Shown one piece after another: positions 22,126-31,595 of a stretch of 62,802 nucleotides of DNA. This stretch comes from a virus (lineage: Duplodnaviria > Caudoviricetes). The notes below the pieces were generated by a model. That model did not search any database, was not told the DNA's origin, and saw only the letters and a program-made list of their open reading frames with translations. Every line of letters begins with the position of its first letter. The first letter of the stretch is position 1. The stretch spans positions 1-62,802 of IMG/VR virus record IMGVR_UViG_3300027833_000047; one strand, given 5' to 3'. The translations under genes and the position numbers were made by a program.

Positions 22126-22587
22126 TTAAATATTTATAATCACGAAATCTTTTGATGAAAATGTACCACTAACAATTGTATAGTCAATTCTTAACTTTGC
22201 AGTGTACTCAACCGCACTATCGCTAGCCACTCTAAAAACTTGACCACCTAATTCATCATAGTTTATTTCACCGGGTAAAGGTTCAGTCTCAACATAAGGT
22301 TGAATTGAGATATCATTTATTTGTAGGTTGGGTATGTACTTATCTACGGCCTGTCGGACATCAGCCTTTATTGCGTCGAATGTTGGTCCGTCCATTGGTT
22401 CAAAAATAAACTCATAAATACGAGTACCAAAATCGGGTAAATAATACCTACTACCCTTTCTAGTTAATATTAAATGCAGTAAATCAGCCCTAATCTCCTC
22501 ATTAGTTGATTGAGTCAATCTAAGGTAGTCTCCTTGTAAACTATCTCTAAAAGGAAAAAATACTCCGTATGTTTTACCGTCTGCCAT
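22126..22587 (-). CDS. gp25: Baseplate wedge subunit, gp25/GPW-like
   Basis: IRADLLHLILTRKGSRYYLPDFGTRIYEFIFEP is the gp25 family signature. Confidence 0.9.
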   Translation of the reverse strand: MADGKTYGVFFPFRDSLQGDYLRLTQSTNEEIRADLLHLILTRKGSRYYLPDFGTRIYEFIFEPMDGPTFDAIKADVRQAVDKYIPNLQINDISIQPYVETEPLPGEINYDELGGQVFRVASDSAVEYTAKLRIDYTIVSGTFSSKDFVIINI

Positions 22588-22591
22588 ATTT

Positions 22592-22599
22592 CATAAATA
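22592..22599 (-). promoter_or_regulatory. TATTTATG putative late-promoter motif
   Basis: Only 4 nt upstream of the gp25 ATG, just downstream of the nrdA terminator. Confidence 0.55.
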
Positions 22600-22631
22600 T
22601 AAACACAGATTATTTTATCTAAATATAAAAG

Positions 22632-22660
22632 AAAAAAGGTTAGACGAATCCAACCTTTTT
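22632..22660 (-). terminator. Intrinsic terminator after nrdA
   Basis: Minus strand AAAAAGGTTGGA-TTCG-TCTAACCTTTTTT: stem, UUCG loop and U tract. Confidence 0.8.
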
Positions 22661-22685
22661 ATATGATATCCCTATATTTTATCCC

Positions 22686-24392
22686 TTAACCTTCACATGC
22701 AACACATTGTAAATCATTTAAATTTAATTTTTTTCTAGCAAATGCTTGCGCTGAATTCATTGAATGTTGATAATATAGTGTTTTTACCCCTAACTTCCAT
22801 GAGTCAATAAGTAACTTATTTACGTCTTTAGTCGGCATTTCAGGTGAAACCATTAGATTTAATGACTGTGATTGGTCTATATAGTCCTGTCTTATTGCCG
22901 CTTGATTAATAATTGATGATTGATTAATTTCTGCAAATGTTCTAAAAACATCTTTTTGTTCGTCACTTAAAAAATCTAAATGTTGTACCGAACCATCTCC
23001 CTTTTTAATACTGTCCCACGTATCTTTATTATCCATATTCATAGTACCTAACAATTCTTTTAATACAGGATTTTTAATCGTAACCTTCATTTTCGCAACG
23101 TCTTTAACGTAACAGTTAGACCAAATAGGTTCAATAGATTGTGATACTTGACCAAGAATAAACGCTGAAGAAGTAGTTGGTGCAACTGCGTTAAGTGTAA
23201 CATTTCTTCTACCATAACCTTTTAGATATTCAGGCTCCCCAAATATCTCAGCTAATTCTTCTGACGCCTTGTATGATTTATCTTTAATGGTTTTAAACAC
23301 CTCAACATTAAGTTTAGCGGTTTCTCTTGTGTCAAATGCCAACCCCTTTGATTGTAAAAGTGAGTGCCAACCTAAAACACCTAAACCAAGCGCTCTTTGT
23401 CTCTTAGCGAAGTTATAAGCCTTTTCCATATAAAGAAACGCCATTTTACCTTCTCTGGTACCATTGTCTCTTAATTCCTCTAATTTATTACAATACTCAG
23501 TAACTACCGCATCTAAGAAATAAACCATAGTTTCAACAGCATCTGTGTCTTTCCACTCATCGTAGTGTAACACATTCATTGAAGATAATACGCAAACGAA
23601 TGATTCGTCTTCAGAGTTATGTAGAGCTATCTCAGAACAAAGATTAGAGTTATAAATTTTAGCCCCTTTATCTTGGTAAACTTTAGGCGCATTATTGTTC
23701 ATAGTGTCATGGAACATAATATATGGGTAACCAATTTCACCCCTTCTTTGGATTACTTTTGCCCATATTTTTCTTTTCTCGTCATCACCCGCAATCATTT
23801 CTTCCATAAATTTATCAGTCACTGTAACTGCGTGTGTTAAATCTTGAATTGAAGCCCCTTCTGTTCCAATCTCTAAAAACTCCATAATGTCTGGATGTTC
23901 AACAGGTAAGTAAGGTGAGAACCTACCTCTACGTGTCGCCCCTTGTGAAATATTATCCACGACACTTTGAAAAAGATTCATAAAGTGGACCGCTCCTGGC
24001 GCATGTCCGTTATCAGTTATCTTAGCTCCACGACCACGAATGTTACCGAAATACCCTGAAGTACCTCCACCCATTTTACTCATCTCACCAACCTCAGCCT
24101 GAGTAAATAGAATTGACTCTATACTATCACTGACATTAGAACCGAAACAACTAACAGGTAACCCTCTTTCTTTACCAAAATTTGCCCATACTGGTGATGA
24201 TAGTGAATACCACCCTTTACTCATATAGTCGTAAAATTTATCGGCGAACCCTTCTTTACCTAATAGTTTTTCTGCATGTTCCGCAATTGTTTTTATTCTA
24301 TCTAAAGGTTCCTCACCCTCACTCAAATAACCTCTACGAAGAAACGTAACTGATTCTTCATTAATCCAATTAAATGGTTTTCTATTTTTCAT
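22686..24392 (-). CDS. nrdA: Class I ribonucleotide reductase alpha subunit, compact and lacking an ATP cone
   Basis: PVSCF, SNLCSEI (radical Cys), VCVLSS, APTTSS, KTLYY and a C-terminal CVAC. Confidence 0.95.
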   Translation of the reverse strand: MKNRKPFNWINEESVTFLRRGYLSEGEEPLDRIKTIAEHAEKLLGKEGFADKFYDYMSKGWYSLSSPVWANFGKERGLPVSCFGSNVSDSIESILFTQAEVGEMSKMGGGTSGYFGNIRGRGAKITDNGHAPGAVHFMNLFQSVVDNISQGATRRGRFSPYLPVEHPDIMEFLEIGTEGASIQDLTHAVTVTDKFMEEMIAGDDEKRKIWAKVIQRRGEIGYPYIMFHDTMNNNAPKVYQDKGAKIYNSNLCSEIALHNSEDESFVCVLSSMNVLHYDEWKDTDAVETMVYFLDAVVTEYCNKLEELRDNGTREGKMAFLYMEKAYNFAKRQRALGLGVLGWHSLLQSKGLAFDTRETAKLNVEVFKTIKDKSYKASEELAEIFGEPEYLKGYGRRNVTLNAVAPTTSSAFILGQVSQSIEPIWSNCYVKDVAKMKVTIKNPVLKELLGTMNMDNKDTWDSIKKGDGSVQHLDFLSDEQKDVFRTFAEINQSSIINQAAIRQDYIDQSQSLNLMVSPEMPTKDVNKLLIDSWKLGVKTLYYQHSMNSAQAFARKKLNLNDLQCVACEG

Positions 24393-24413
24393 ATTATTAT
24401 TTTGTTATTGTTT

Positions 24414-25694
24414 TTAAAATAAATCGTTAGATGTTATCGATTTTTGTTTTTTACTGTAATTAATACTTCTTTTATTAAAAAAGTCAGTATGTTTTGTAGT
24501 TAGAATTTCATCATCAAACCATTCTGTGGTCTCCAATAAGGTTTGATTAATTTCAAAAATACTATCAACACCTATAGAATTCAAAGATACGTTAAATCTA
24601 TGTTTAATGAACTCCATTGTTTGTTTTTTAGTTAAAAATTCTAAATCACCTTTTTCGAAAATCCAATTAACTACTTCAGTCTCCGCTTCATAAGCCTCTT
24701 TAGTTGCGATAACTAAATCTTCAACTAATTGTGGTGTCCACCAATCAGGGTTTTCTTTTTTAATTAAATTAACTAATTCAAACCCAAATTCCGCATGGAT
24801 ATTCTCTTCTTTAGATGTTGCCTCAACTGCGTTACTAATACCTTTTAATTTATTTTTATGTTTATTAAATGACATAATAACTAAAAATTGTGAAAATAGT
24901 GATACGTTTTCAACAAACATTGAGAATAACACTATAGACTCAAAGTATTCTTTATCATCGACTGATTTAGAGTTTGAGATAGCCTTTTCTAAGTATTTAA
25001 TTCTTCTTCTCACTTGTGGAACCTCTAACAAATTTTCAAATTCCCCATTAAGACCTAGTAATTGAATTAGGTGTGAGTAAGCGTCCGCATGTCTCACTTC
25101 CGATTCAGCAAACGTAGCCCCTACATTACCAATTTCAGGTTTTGGCATTCTTTTATAAATGTCCCCCCAAAACGATTTAACTGCGACTTCAATTTGTGAA
25201 ATCGCTAACATAGCTCTTTCAACTGCAGACTTTTCTTTTTCATTTAAATGTACTTTATAGTCTTGGATATCAGACGTATAGTTAAATTCTGTATGTACCC
25301 AATAGGAGTGTCTAATTGCGTCCACATATTCATTTAAGTTTGGGTACTCGTAAGGTTTAAGATTAGTTCTTTTTGAAAAAATGTTAGGTCGATTTTTAGA
25401 ACGATAAATAATATATTCCTTCGCAACATCATTAAGTCCATTATCCATTAATTTGTTTTCAACCATATCATGGATTTCATCAACATTGGGAACCCTTTCT
25501 TTATTACCTCTGAAAAGACTTTTAGTCGTGAGTCTAGCAATTTTTTCAGTCATACTCTCGTCTACTTTATCTATACTTTTCATCGCATTTAAAATAGCCA
25601 TTTCAATCTTTTCAGATTTAAAAACTACCTTATCTCCACTTCTCTTTATTACATAACGAATGTCTTTACTGACACTATCAATTAGATTGTCCAT
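24414..25694 (-). CDS. nrdB: Ribonucleotide reductase beta subunit with an N-terminal ATP cone; class Id-like
   Basis: ATP cone VIKRSG...F...KI...VENKLM; ligand motifs QIEVAVK, ESEVRHADAY, VENVSLF, EENIH; C-terminal DFFNKRSINY. Confidence 0.93.
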   Translation of the reverse strand: MDNLIDSVSKDIRYVIKRSGDKVVFKSEKIEMAILNAMKSIDKVDESMTEKIARLTTKSLFRGNKERVPNVDEIHDMVENKLMDNGLNDVAKEYIIYRSKNRPNIFSKRTNLKPYEYPNLNEYVDAIRHSYWVHTEFNYTSDIQDYKVHLNEKEKSAVERAMLAISQIEVAVKSFWGDIYKRMPKPEIGNVGATFAESEVRHADAYSHLIQLLGLNGEFENLLEVPQVRRRIKYLEKAISNSKSVDDKEYFESIVLFSMFVENVSLFSQFLVIMSFNKHKNKLKGISNAVEATSKEENIHAEFGFELVNLIKKENPDWWTPQLVEDLVIATKEAYEAETEVVNWIFEKGDLEFLTKKQTMEFIKHRFNVSLNSIGVDSIFEINQTLLETTEWFDDEILTTKHTDFFNKRSINYSKKQKSITSNDLF

Positions 25695-25716
25695 ATATTA
25701 TTGTTTTTAAAAAATT

Positions 25717-27096
25717 TTATATTTTACTTTCCCTTTGTTTTCTCTTTTGTAGTAGTTCTTGAATACGTACTTTGTTTTTCTCTTCTTTTTGTTCTTCCAT
25801 ACCTAAGAAGGTTACACTACTATCCGTATCAATTTCTATCATTTCGTTATCGAATTTGCAATTTTCAAATACAATACCATCTTTACCAATTCTTGATTTG
25901 GTAATCGCTATTGTTGCTAAATTCATTTCTTTCTGCTGTAGGGATTTAGCGATAGAAATAATAACGTGACCTACTTGGGCCTTTTTAATTGAACCACCCA
26001 TTTGGTCTGTGGTTACAACTTCAGAAGATATTGAGGAGCGATTCCCTTGAGTTGCCGTCCAACCCGCAATATCTAACTCATGACACATGGATTCAAATCC
26101 TCTCATAACCGAACCTTCACTTTTCCATTCGTCTCCTAAGTTCTTATCAGGAACTATACAATCAATATAATCCACCACAACTAAATCTAATTTAATTCCT
26201 TCAGCAATCATCTTACGTATCTGATTCTTTATCTGATTCATCGTTAATGTATCTGAAGGTAACTTTTTTAGTATAAGTCTGTTAGGTGCATTTTCTTTAA
26301 TTTGTTTAACTTTTTCTAAAACTTCTTCTCTTTGTAATGACAAATTATCTGGTGCGATTTTTGTCCACATAGTAAAGTGTTTTCTTTGTATAATTTTAGG
26401 GTTATCCTCAAAAAATATTTGTAATACGTTATAACCTAAGTTAAATGCATTATTTGCAATTTTACTAAGAACTGTGGTTTTACCAACACCTGTCGGAGCT
26501 AGAATAACACCAATTTCACCTTTTGCTAACCCACCTTTCAATAAGTTATCTATACCAGTTATCCCTATAGGAATTGGGTGTCTAAAATCGTCATCCAATA
26601 CCTCATCTAAATTAAAAAAAACATCCGCAGTTCCCGTATCAACTTCACCAACTTGTAAAGCTTCTCTTACCATTTCTTCTAAATGGTCATAAGATTCAAA
26701 ATCACCTTTATCGATAATTTTTTGAGCTTTAGTCATTACCTTCTGTAATTCTTGTTGTTTACAGAACTTTAACGCCTTTTCTTGAACGTATTGGTATCCA
26801 TCATCAGGTGCGTCTATTACTTGAGTAATCATATCTAAGACCATTTTTTGGGCCATAGGTGACGTAACTTCAGATTTAGTGATTTGTTCGAGTGTTGAGA
26901 ATGAAGGAGCGTGTTCATATTTGTGATAATACTCCTTGGTCATCTGCATGATTAACTTAAAATATTGATTGTCAAAGTACTTAGGTTCCAACACATCTAC
27001 AATAGAACTTGCGAAATCCTTATAAAGGATAATATTGTTAAGTATTTGTAATTGAAATGTATTACCGAGGTAACCAAAATTCTTTTCTTTTGACAT
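25717..27096 (-). CDS. Replicative DnaB-like helicase (T4 gp41-like)
   Basis: Walker A APTGVGKT, Walker B VVVDYID, TATQGNR and KSRIG. Confidence 0.9.
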   Translation of the reverse strand: MSKEKNFGYLGNTFQLQILNNIILYKDFASSIVDVLEPKYFDNQYFKLIMQMTKEYYHKYEHAPSFSTLEQITKSEVTSPMAQKMVLDMITQVIDAPDDGYQYVQEKALKFCKQQELQKVMTKAQKIIDKGDFESYDHLEEMVREALQVGEVDTGTADVFFNLDEVLDDDFRHPIPIGITGIDNLLKGGLAKGEIGVILAPTGVGKTTVLSKIANNAFNLGYNVLQIFFEDNPKIIQRKHFTMWTKIAPDNLSLQREEVLEKVKQIKENAPNRLILKKLPSDTLTMNQIKNQIRKMIAEGIKLDLVVVDYIDCIVPDKNLGDEWKSEGSVMRGFESMCHELDIAGWTATQGNRSSISSEVVTTDQMGGSIKKAQVGHVIISIAKSLQQKEMNLATIAITKSRIGKDGIVFENCKFDNEMIEIDTDSSVTFLGMEEQKEEKNKVRIQELLQKRKQRESKI

Positions 27097-27127
27097 ATTT
27101 TTTTGAGTTTTAATCTGTGTTTGTAAA

Positions 27128-27592
27128 TTATAAATATGGGTGAATTAGTGAATGCTTCATGTACTTGTAAGTTAAATTTTCACTTGAGAAAGTGTCAGTT
27201 AACTCGCGAAGTAACTTTTTTAGGTGTGGGCGTACGTCCACAGTGTATCTAGTCTTAGGTGGGTATAATTTAGCATCTATAATTCTATGACAAATTGTCT
27301 CATCTCCTATCTTAAGGTAAATGTTAAAATGTTCGTCACCTTCAGTATTTGATGTTTCTAACAATTCAGGATTGACCGTTATTTGACCAATATTTTCTGA
27401 AAGGTAGTTACACGATTTGATTTTCAAATCTTCCTGAATTACTTCAGACGCATTTCTGATTACCTCATAAAGCTCAACACTCCCTCTAGCCTTAGGGTTA
27501 TACCCTCTAACATTAAAGTACCTCTGTACAACAAAGTTATCATTTAGAGTCATTAAGAACTCTAATTTGGTTGTTTCTGTTTTTTCTTTCAT
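27128..27592 (-). CDS. Hypothetical protein (154 aa)
   Basis: ATGA overlap with the exonuclease stop; within the replication operon. Confidence 0.7.
   Translation of the reverse strand: MKEKTETTKLEFLMTLNDNFVVQRYFNVRGYNPKARGSVELYEVIRNASEVIQEDLKIKSCNYLSENIGQITVNPELLETSNTEGDEHFNIYLKIGDETICHRIIDAKLYPPKTRYTVDVRPHLKKLLRELTDTFSSENLTYKYMKHSLIHPYL
27129..27136 (-). promoter_or_regulatory. TATTTATA motif overlapping the 3' end of the upstream ORF
   Basis: 32 nt upstream of the helicase ATG. Confidence 0.4.
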
Positions 27593-28605
27593 ATTAAACG
27601 TTTTTTAGTTTTAAATCTTCTTTTTTCTTTTCTTGTTAATTTCATAAAAGGGGTTAAAAATTCAACCCACGCATTATCATGTTTTGGTAGATACTTAAAA
27701 ATTCCATCACTCATCATCATTCTCATTAGGTTTTTATATCCTCTACCATCAGGGTCTAAATTTTCTGTATGGTACTGTTCAATAATCACTTTTGAGTCCT
27801 CGGTTAATAAAGGTTGAGACAAATCTACGAGTTTTTTATTGATTATAAAAAATTCTTCACCATAAATCCCTCTTTTTGTTTTTCCTGAGAGTAAATTTTG
27901 TAGTGCTCGATTGTCTTTATCAGTTTTATGTAGTTCCTCTGCATGTTTTAAAATATCATCAATAGTTACGACACTATCAACTATTTCGGGAAATAACTTA
28001 ACAAATGTTTTTTCACCCATATATCTGATACCATCAATATTATCTGATTTATCACCTGATATGATTTTAAAAGTTGATATGTTCTGATGAGGGATTGAGA
28101 TATCTTTTAAAGGGACTAAATCTCCATTTCTAAGGGTTATCTTCTTCATCGGTTGGTACACTTCCACTTTATCGGAGATAAGCTGTGTGAGGTCCTTATC
28201 TGAAGAATAGATAGTCTTATATTCGTCTTCAGATATTTGACAGTAATATGCGATTAAATCATCACTCTCAGTGTTTTTAACAGAAACTTGTCTGATAAAC
28301 ATTTCTTCAAGGTATGATTTAACTTGTTGTACCTGCCACTCGAACGATTCCTTTTTAGATTCGTTTAATGTCTGTTTACGATTTCCCTTATATTCTGGTG
28401 AAATAAGTTTTCTTTGGGATGAGTTATTTTCCCCATCCCAAAACACAATGACTTTATCATGATTGTGTTCATTAAGAAACTTTTTGATTGTATTAACGAA
28501 ATGATATAAACCTCCAATATGTTTTCCGTCATGGTAGAAATCTCTTACCCCATGAAAACCTATTTTAAATAAATTATTTCCGTCAATTAATAATGTTTTA
28601 ACCAC
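27589..28605 (-). CDS. 5'-3' exonuclease / flap endonuclease (T4 RNase H, Pol I N-domain family)
   Basis: LLIDGNN, FWDG, YKGNR, ESDDLIA, SSDKDLTQL and GDKSDNIDG motifs. Confidence 0.92.
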   Translation of the reverse strand: MVKTLLIDGNNLFKIGFHGVRDFYHDGKHIGGLYHFVNTIKKFLNEHNHDKVIVFWDGENNSSQRKLISPEYKGNRKQTLNESKKESFEWQVQQVKSYLEEMFIRQVSVKNTESDDLIAYYCQISEDEYKTIYSSDKDLTQLISDKVEVYQPMKKITLRNGDLVPLKDISIPHQNISTFKIISGDKSDNIDGIRYMGEKTFVKLFPEIVDSVVTIDDILKHAEELHKTDKDNRALQNLLSGKTKRGIYGEEFFIINKKLVDLSQPLLTEDSKVIIEQYHTENLDPDGRGYKNLMRMMMSDGIFKYLPKHDNAWVEFLTPFMKLTRKEKRRFKTKKRLI

Positions 28606-28623
28606 TTTATTTGTGTTAAATTG

Positions 28624-29628
28624 TTACTGTTCTTTTTTTTCCTCTTCTAACTTAAAGTCACCTTCAATTCCGATAACCTCTTTCCAATACTCAGATTGCT
28701 CACCTTTGTATTTTTCAATTGATTTTTTTTCCTCAGTACTTTCTTTACCCGCTAAGAATCCGTGAGGGGTTACAATTATTTTTCCGTCCGCATATCCTAA
28801 TCCATTGATGTGATTTTTCATTACCGATATTTTTGTTCTAGACGCGAACTTTACTTTTCTTTTGTTCTTAACTGCAGATATAGTGGTAGTACCCGCATCT
28901 TTTTGATTACCAAATAAGAAAACTAAAGAAGAATTTAACCAAATCGCTTCACCTCCTTTGCTCTTTATCTTAGGTTGCCCAAATGGGTTATCAGGAAGTT
29001 GTACCCAAGGTTGATTAACAATTAATAAAGTATTCTCATACTTAGAATCCGCTCTACGTGAGCCCGAAATTCTTTGGTTGATACCCATACCTATCTTATC
29101 CGCTAATGTAGATGCGTTATGCATTTTACCACCTTTACCGTCAAAAGTCATTTTACATGGTACTGAACCTACTGAATCCCATAAGAACAATAAGTCATAG
29201 TCTAATTCACCTTTAGACTGAGCGTCTAATAATTCATTAATAAAGTCAGTTATTTGTTCTATATAATTAAAATTATTATTAAAAATAAAGAATCCGTCCC
29301 AATCTAATTCACCTGTTTCCTCATCAACTACTTCATCACACTCGAAACCCATAAGTTTTGCGTGTTCAAAAGACCATTTTTGTTCCGTAATAATGAATAC
29401 AGGTAATATACCTTTTTTCTGTGCATCTACTGCCGCTTTTACTAACGCAGTTGTTTTACCCGTATCTGAATGCCCTAAAAACATATTTAAATGACCTATT
29501 GCTGGTCCAGGTAATCCAACAGCATCTAAGAAATCCTCACCCAAATCAAAAAACCTTTGTGGTTTGTATTTTGCGGATGTAGAAAATTTCTTTTTTATAC
29601 TACTAAAATCTTTTTTCTTTATTGCCAT
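28624..29628 (-). CDS. uvsX: RecA/UvsX-like recombinase
   Basis: Walker A GHSDTGKT, LWDSVGS, IVNQ and KSKGGEA; lies next to the SSB gene. Confidence 0.85.
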   Translation of the reverse strand: MAIKKKDFSSIKKKFSTSAKYKPQRFFDLGEDFLDAVGLPGPAIGHLNMFLGHSDTGKTTALVKAAVDAQKKGILPVFIITEQKWSFEHAKLMGFECDEVVDEETGELDWDGFFIFNNNFNYIEQITDFINELLDAQSKGELDYDLLFLWDSVGSVPCKMTFDGKGGKMHNASTLADKIGMGINQRISGSRRADSKYENTLLIVNQPWVQLPDNPFGQPKIKSKGGEAIWLNSSLVFLFGNQKDAGTTTISAVKNKRKVKFASRTKISVMKNHINGLGYADGKIIVTPHGFLAGKESTEEKKSIEKYKGEQSEYWKEVIGIEGDFKLEEEKKEQ

Positions 29629-29646
29629 ATTTTTTTTTAAATTGAT

Positions 29647-29678
29647 AAAAATGGTGACAACATCACTGTCGTCACCAT
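29647..29678 (-). terminator. Intrinsic terminator between ssb and uvsX
   Basis: Minus strand ATGGTGACGACA-GTGA-TGTTGTCACCAT-TTTT with a GNRA loop. Confidence 0.7.
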
Positions 29679-29695
29679 CATCATATTAGTTGTTA

Positions 29696-30556
29696 TTAAA
29701 ATGGTAAGTCTGTGTCTACACCCATTTTTGATTGTGGGTCAGTAGTCTCCTCAGTTTTAGTTGATTCATTTGAACCACCTAAGACTACTTCAGAAGAGTC
29801 ATCACCATATACGTACTTCTTTAGGTCACTACTCCATACAGGTGTTTCACCTCTTGAAATAGCCTCTAAATACTCTACGGGTTTCTGTGCATAAACATCT
29901 TGCCATGTTAACTCATTAGTCATCCATTCTTTCATTTGGGACTCATCCGTATGAATAGGACATGGGTCATCATACATAACCGTTTGCACTACAGTGTACT
30001 CAATACCTTTAGGTGTTTTTGCCTTTGATAGTTCGACCATCAAGTCACGTCCCTCATTAGCGTCGGTCACATCACCCTTTGCTTTCCAAATCGGAATAAT
30101 TTTATCTAAGATACCTTCTTGTTTGTAATTATCTTTAAATCTCCAAAATTTAGGTCCGTGGTCCTCATTATCTCTGTCGATAAGTTTTACAATGTAAAAT
30201 TTACGTGGACGATACTGCCTTGCTAAATCTTTATCGGATTCTTTACCTGTTGAGATTAGCTCTTCGTAAACCTCAGTAAGAGGTGAACGTTCTCCGTCAT
30301 TTTTTCCTGGGTCGTAAAGTTTTGTCCATTTACCATCAATCTGTACCTCATGATACCACACTTCTTTAAAAGGTGATGAACCGTCAGGTGTTGGTAGTAT
30401 ACGTACTCTTTTCTGTCCCGAACTCGTACCTTTTGGTAAATAAGTCGTGAAATAACGTTTTAACCTATCTTCTTGAGAGATAGATTGTTTTCCTGTGTTT
30501 GATTTTGAAGTATTTTGCTCATACTGAGCCAATACCGCGTCTAATGCATTTGCCAT
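29696..30556 (-). CDS. gp32: Single-stranded DNA-binding protein (T4 gp32-like)
   Basis: RVRILP...PF...WYH, GPKFWRF, D..EGRDL and an acidic C-terminus ending DTDLPF. Confidence 0.82.
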   Translation of the reverse strand: MANALDAVLAQYEQNTSKSNTGKQSISQEDRLKRYFTTYLPKGTSSGQKRVRILPTPDGSSPFKEVWYHEVQIDGKWTKLYDPGKNDGERSPLTEVYEELISTGKESDKDLARQYRPRKFYIVKLIDRDNEDHGPKFWRFKDNYKQEGILDKIIPIWKAKGDVTDANEGRDLMVELSKAKTPKGIEYTVVQTVMYDDPCPIHTDESQMKEWMTNELTWQDVYAQKPVEYLEAISRGETPVWSSDLKKYVYGDDSSEVVLGGSNESTKTEETTDPQSKMGVDTDLPF

Positions 30557-30605
30557 AATTTTTCTTTTTTCTCTGTTATTATTTATTTATCGTTTACTCA
30601 ATTAT

Positions 30606-30633
30606 AATATAACAAAGAAAGTCATTAAGTCAA
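30606..30633 (-). promoter_or_regulatory. Sigma70-like early/middle promoter for the replication operon
   Basis: TTGACT-N16-TATATT immediately downstream of a terminator and upstream of ssb. Confidence 0.55.
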
Positions 30634-30669
30634 ATAAAAAAAGACCATTTAGAATGGTCTTTAATTTTT
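30634..30669. terminator. Probably bidirectional intrinsic terminator
   Basis: AAAGACCATT-TAG-AATGGTCTTT perfect stem with A and T tracts on both sides. Confidence 0.8.
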
Positions 30670-30701
30670 ATTTATAAACTTTATATAATATGTAAGGGGT
30701 A

Positions 30702-31313
30702 TTAATATTCTTGTTCTAAAGGTGCGTCAAACGAATCTTTAATATCTCTATCTGAATAACTTTCTACTTCATCAGACGTTAGTACATATTCATTTTTACC
30801 TGTCTTTTCCATATCAGGACCTTTGTCCATAAAGAAATCTGTTAACTTTTGATTATATGGGTAACTATCTAAACTTCTTAATTGTAACTTTTCTTCAGGT
30901 GATTTTTGACGATATTTTTCAACTTTATCTTCTAAACTATTAATTTTAACTAATATTTTATCCATATCAGATAATTTAGAAGTAAGGTCATTTAACCTAT
31001 CCATCATACTATCCATATACTCCTCTTGTTTAGCTGACATATCTTTTTGAGTCGTAACTAAATCAGTTATATCTAACTCTTCTGTCCCACTCTCTTCTAC
31101 ATCTGAATCAGATGAAGGTTCACCAACAACTTCAACATCTGGGTCAGACTCAACATCGACAGGTTGTACATCATCAATCTCAAGTTCAGGACTATCTAAG
31201 TCAAGTTCACCACCTTCAATCGGCTCAGGTAAGTCAGTTTCTTGCTCAGTAATATATTTGTTAATATTATTATATTTACTTATCTCTTCTAATATTTTCT
31301 TATCTACAGACAT
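30702..31313 (-). CDS. Acidic coiled-coil hypothetical protein (203 aa); possible head-internal or scaffold-like protein
   Basis: Leader MSVDKKILEEISK...YITEQE, then an acidic linker and a coiled coil. Confidence 0.65.
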   Translation of the reverse strand: MSVDKKILEEISKYNNINKYITEQETDLPEPIEGGELDLDSPELEIDDVQPVDVESDPDVEVVGEPSSDSDVEESGTEELDITDLVTTQKDMSAKQEEYMDSMMDRLNDLTSKLSDMDKILVKINSLEDKVEKYRQKSPEEKLQLRSLDSYPYNQKLTDFFMDKGPDMEKTGKNEYVLTSDEVESYSDRDIKDSFDAPLEQEY

Positions 31314-31326
31314 TTTGTATATTTTT

Positions 31327-31551
31327 TTAACCGTTTAAGAGTGTCTTTACACCATGAGGTGTTTCAACTCTTAAAGTCTTATTTAGTTTCATTGAGTTAT
31401 CGACCCTTTCAATAAGTCCGTCTCTCATTCTTACGGTATAACAATCTCCGGTGTCTAAATCACAAACTTCTTTGTAACCGTTACCTGTATTTTTTTCAGT
31501 TATTCTAGTGTCTTTTGACAAAAACTGGTCTAATAATGCTTTAGTATCCAT
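31327..31551 (-). CDS. Small hypothetical protein (74 aa)
   Basis: EVCDLDTGDCY; TATTTATA lies 11 nt upstream (31563-31570). Confidence 0.7.
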   Translation of the reverse strand: MDTKALLDQFLSKDTRITEKNTGNGYKEVCDLDTGDCYTVRMRDGLIERVDNSMKLNKTLRVETPHGVKTLLNG

Positions 31552-31595
31552 AATCTTTTATTTATAAATATACGATAAATGTTCTTTTTCTTAAA

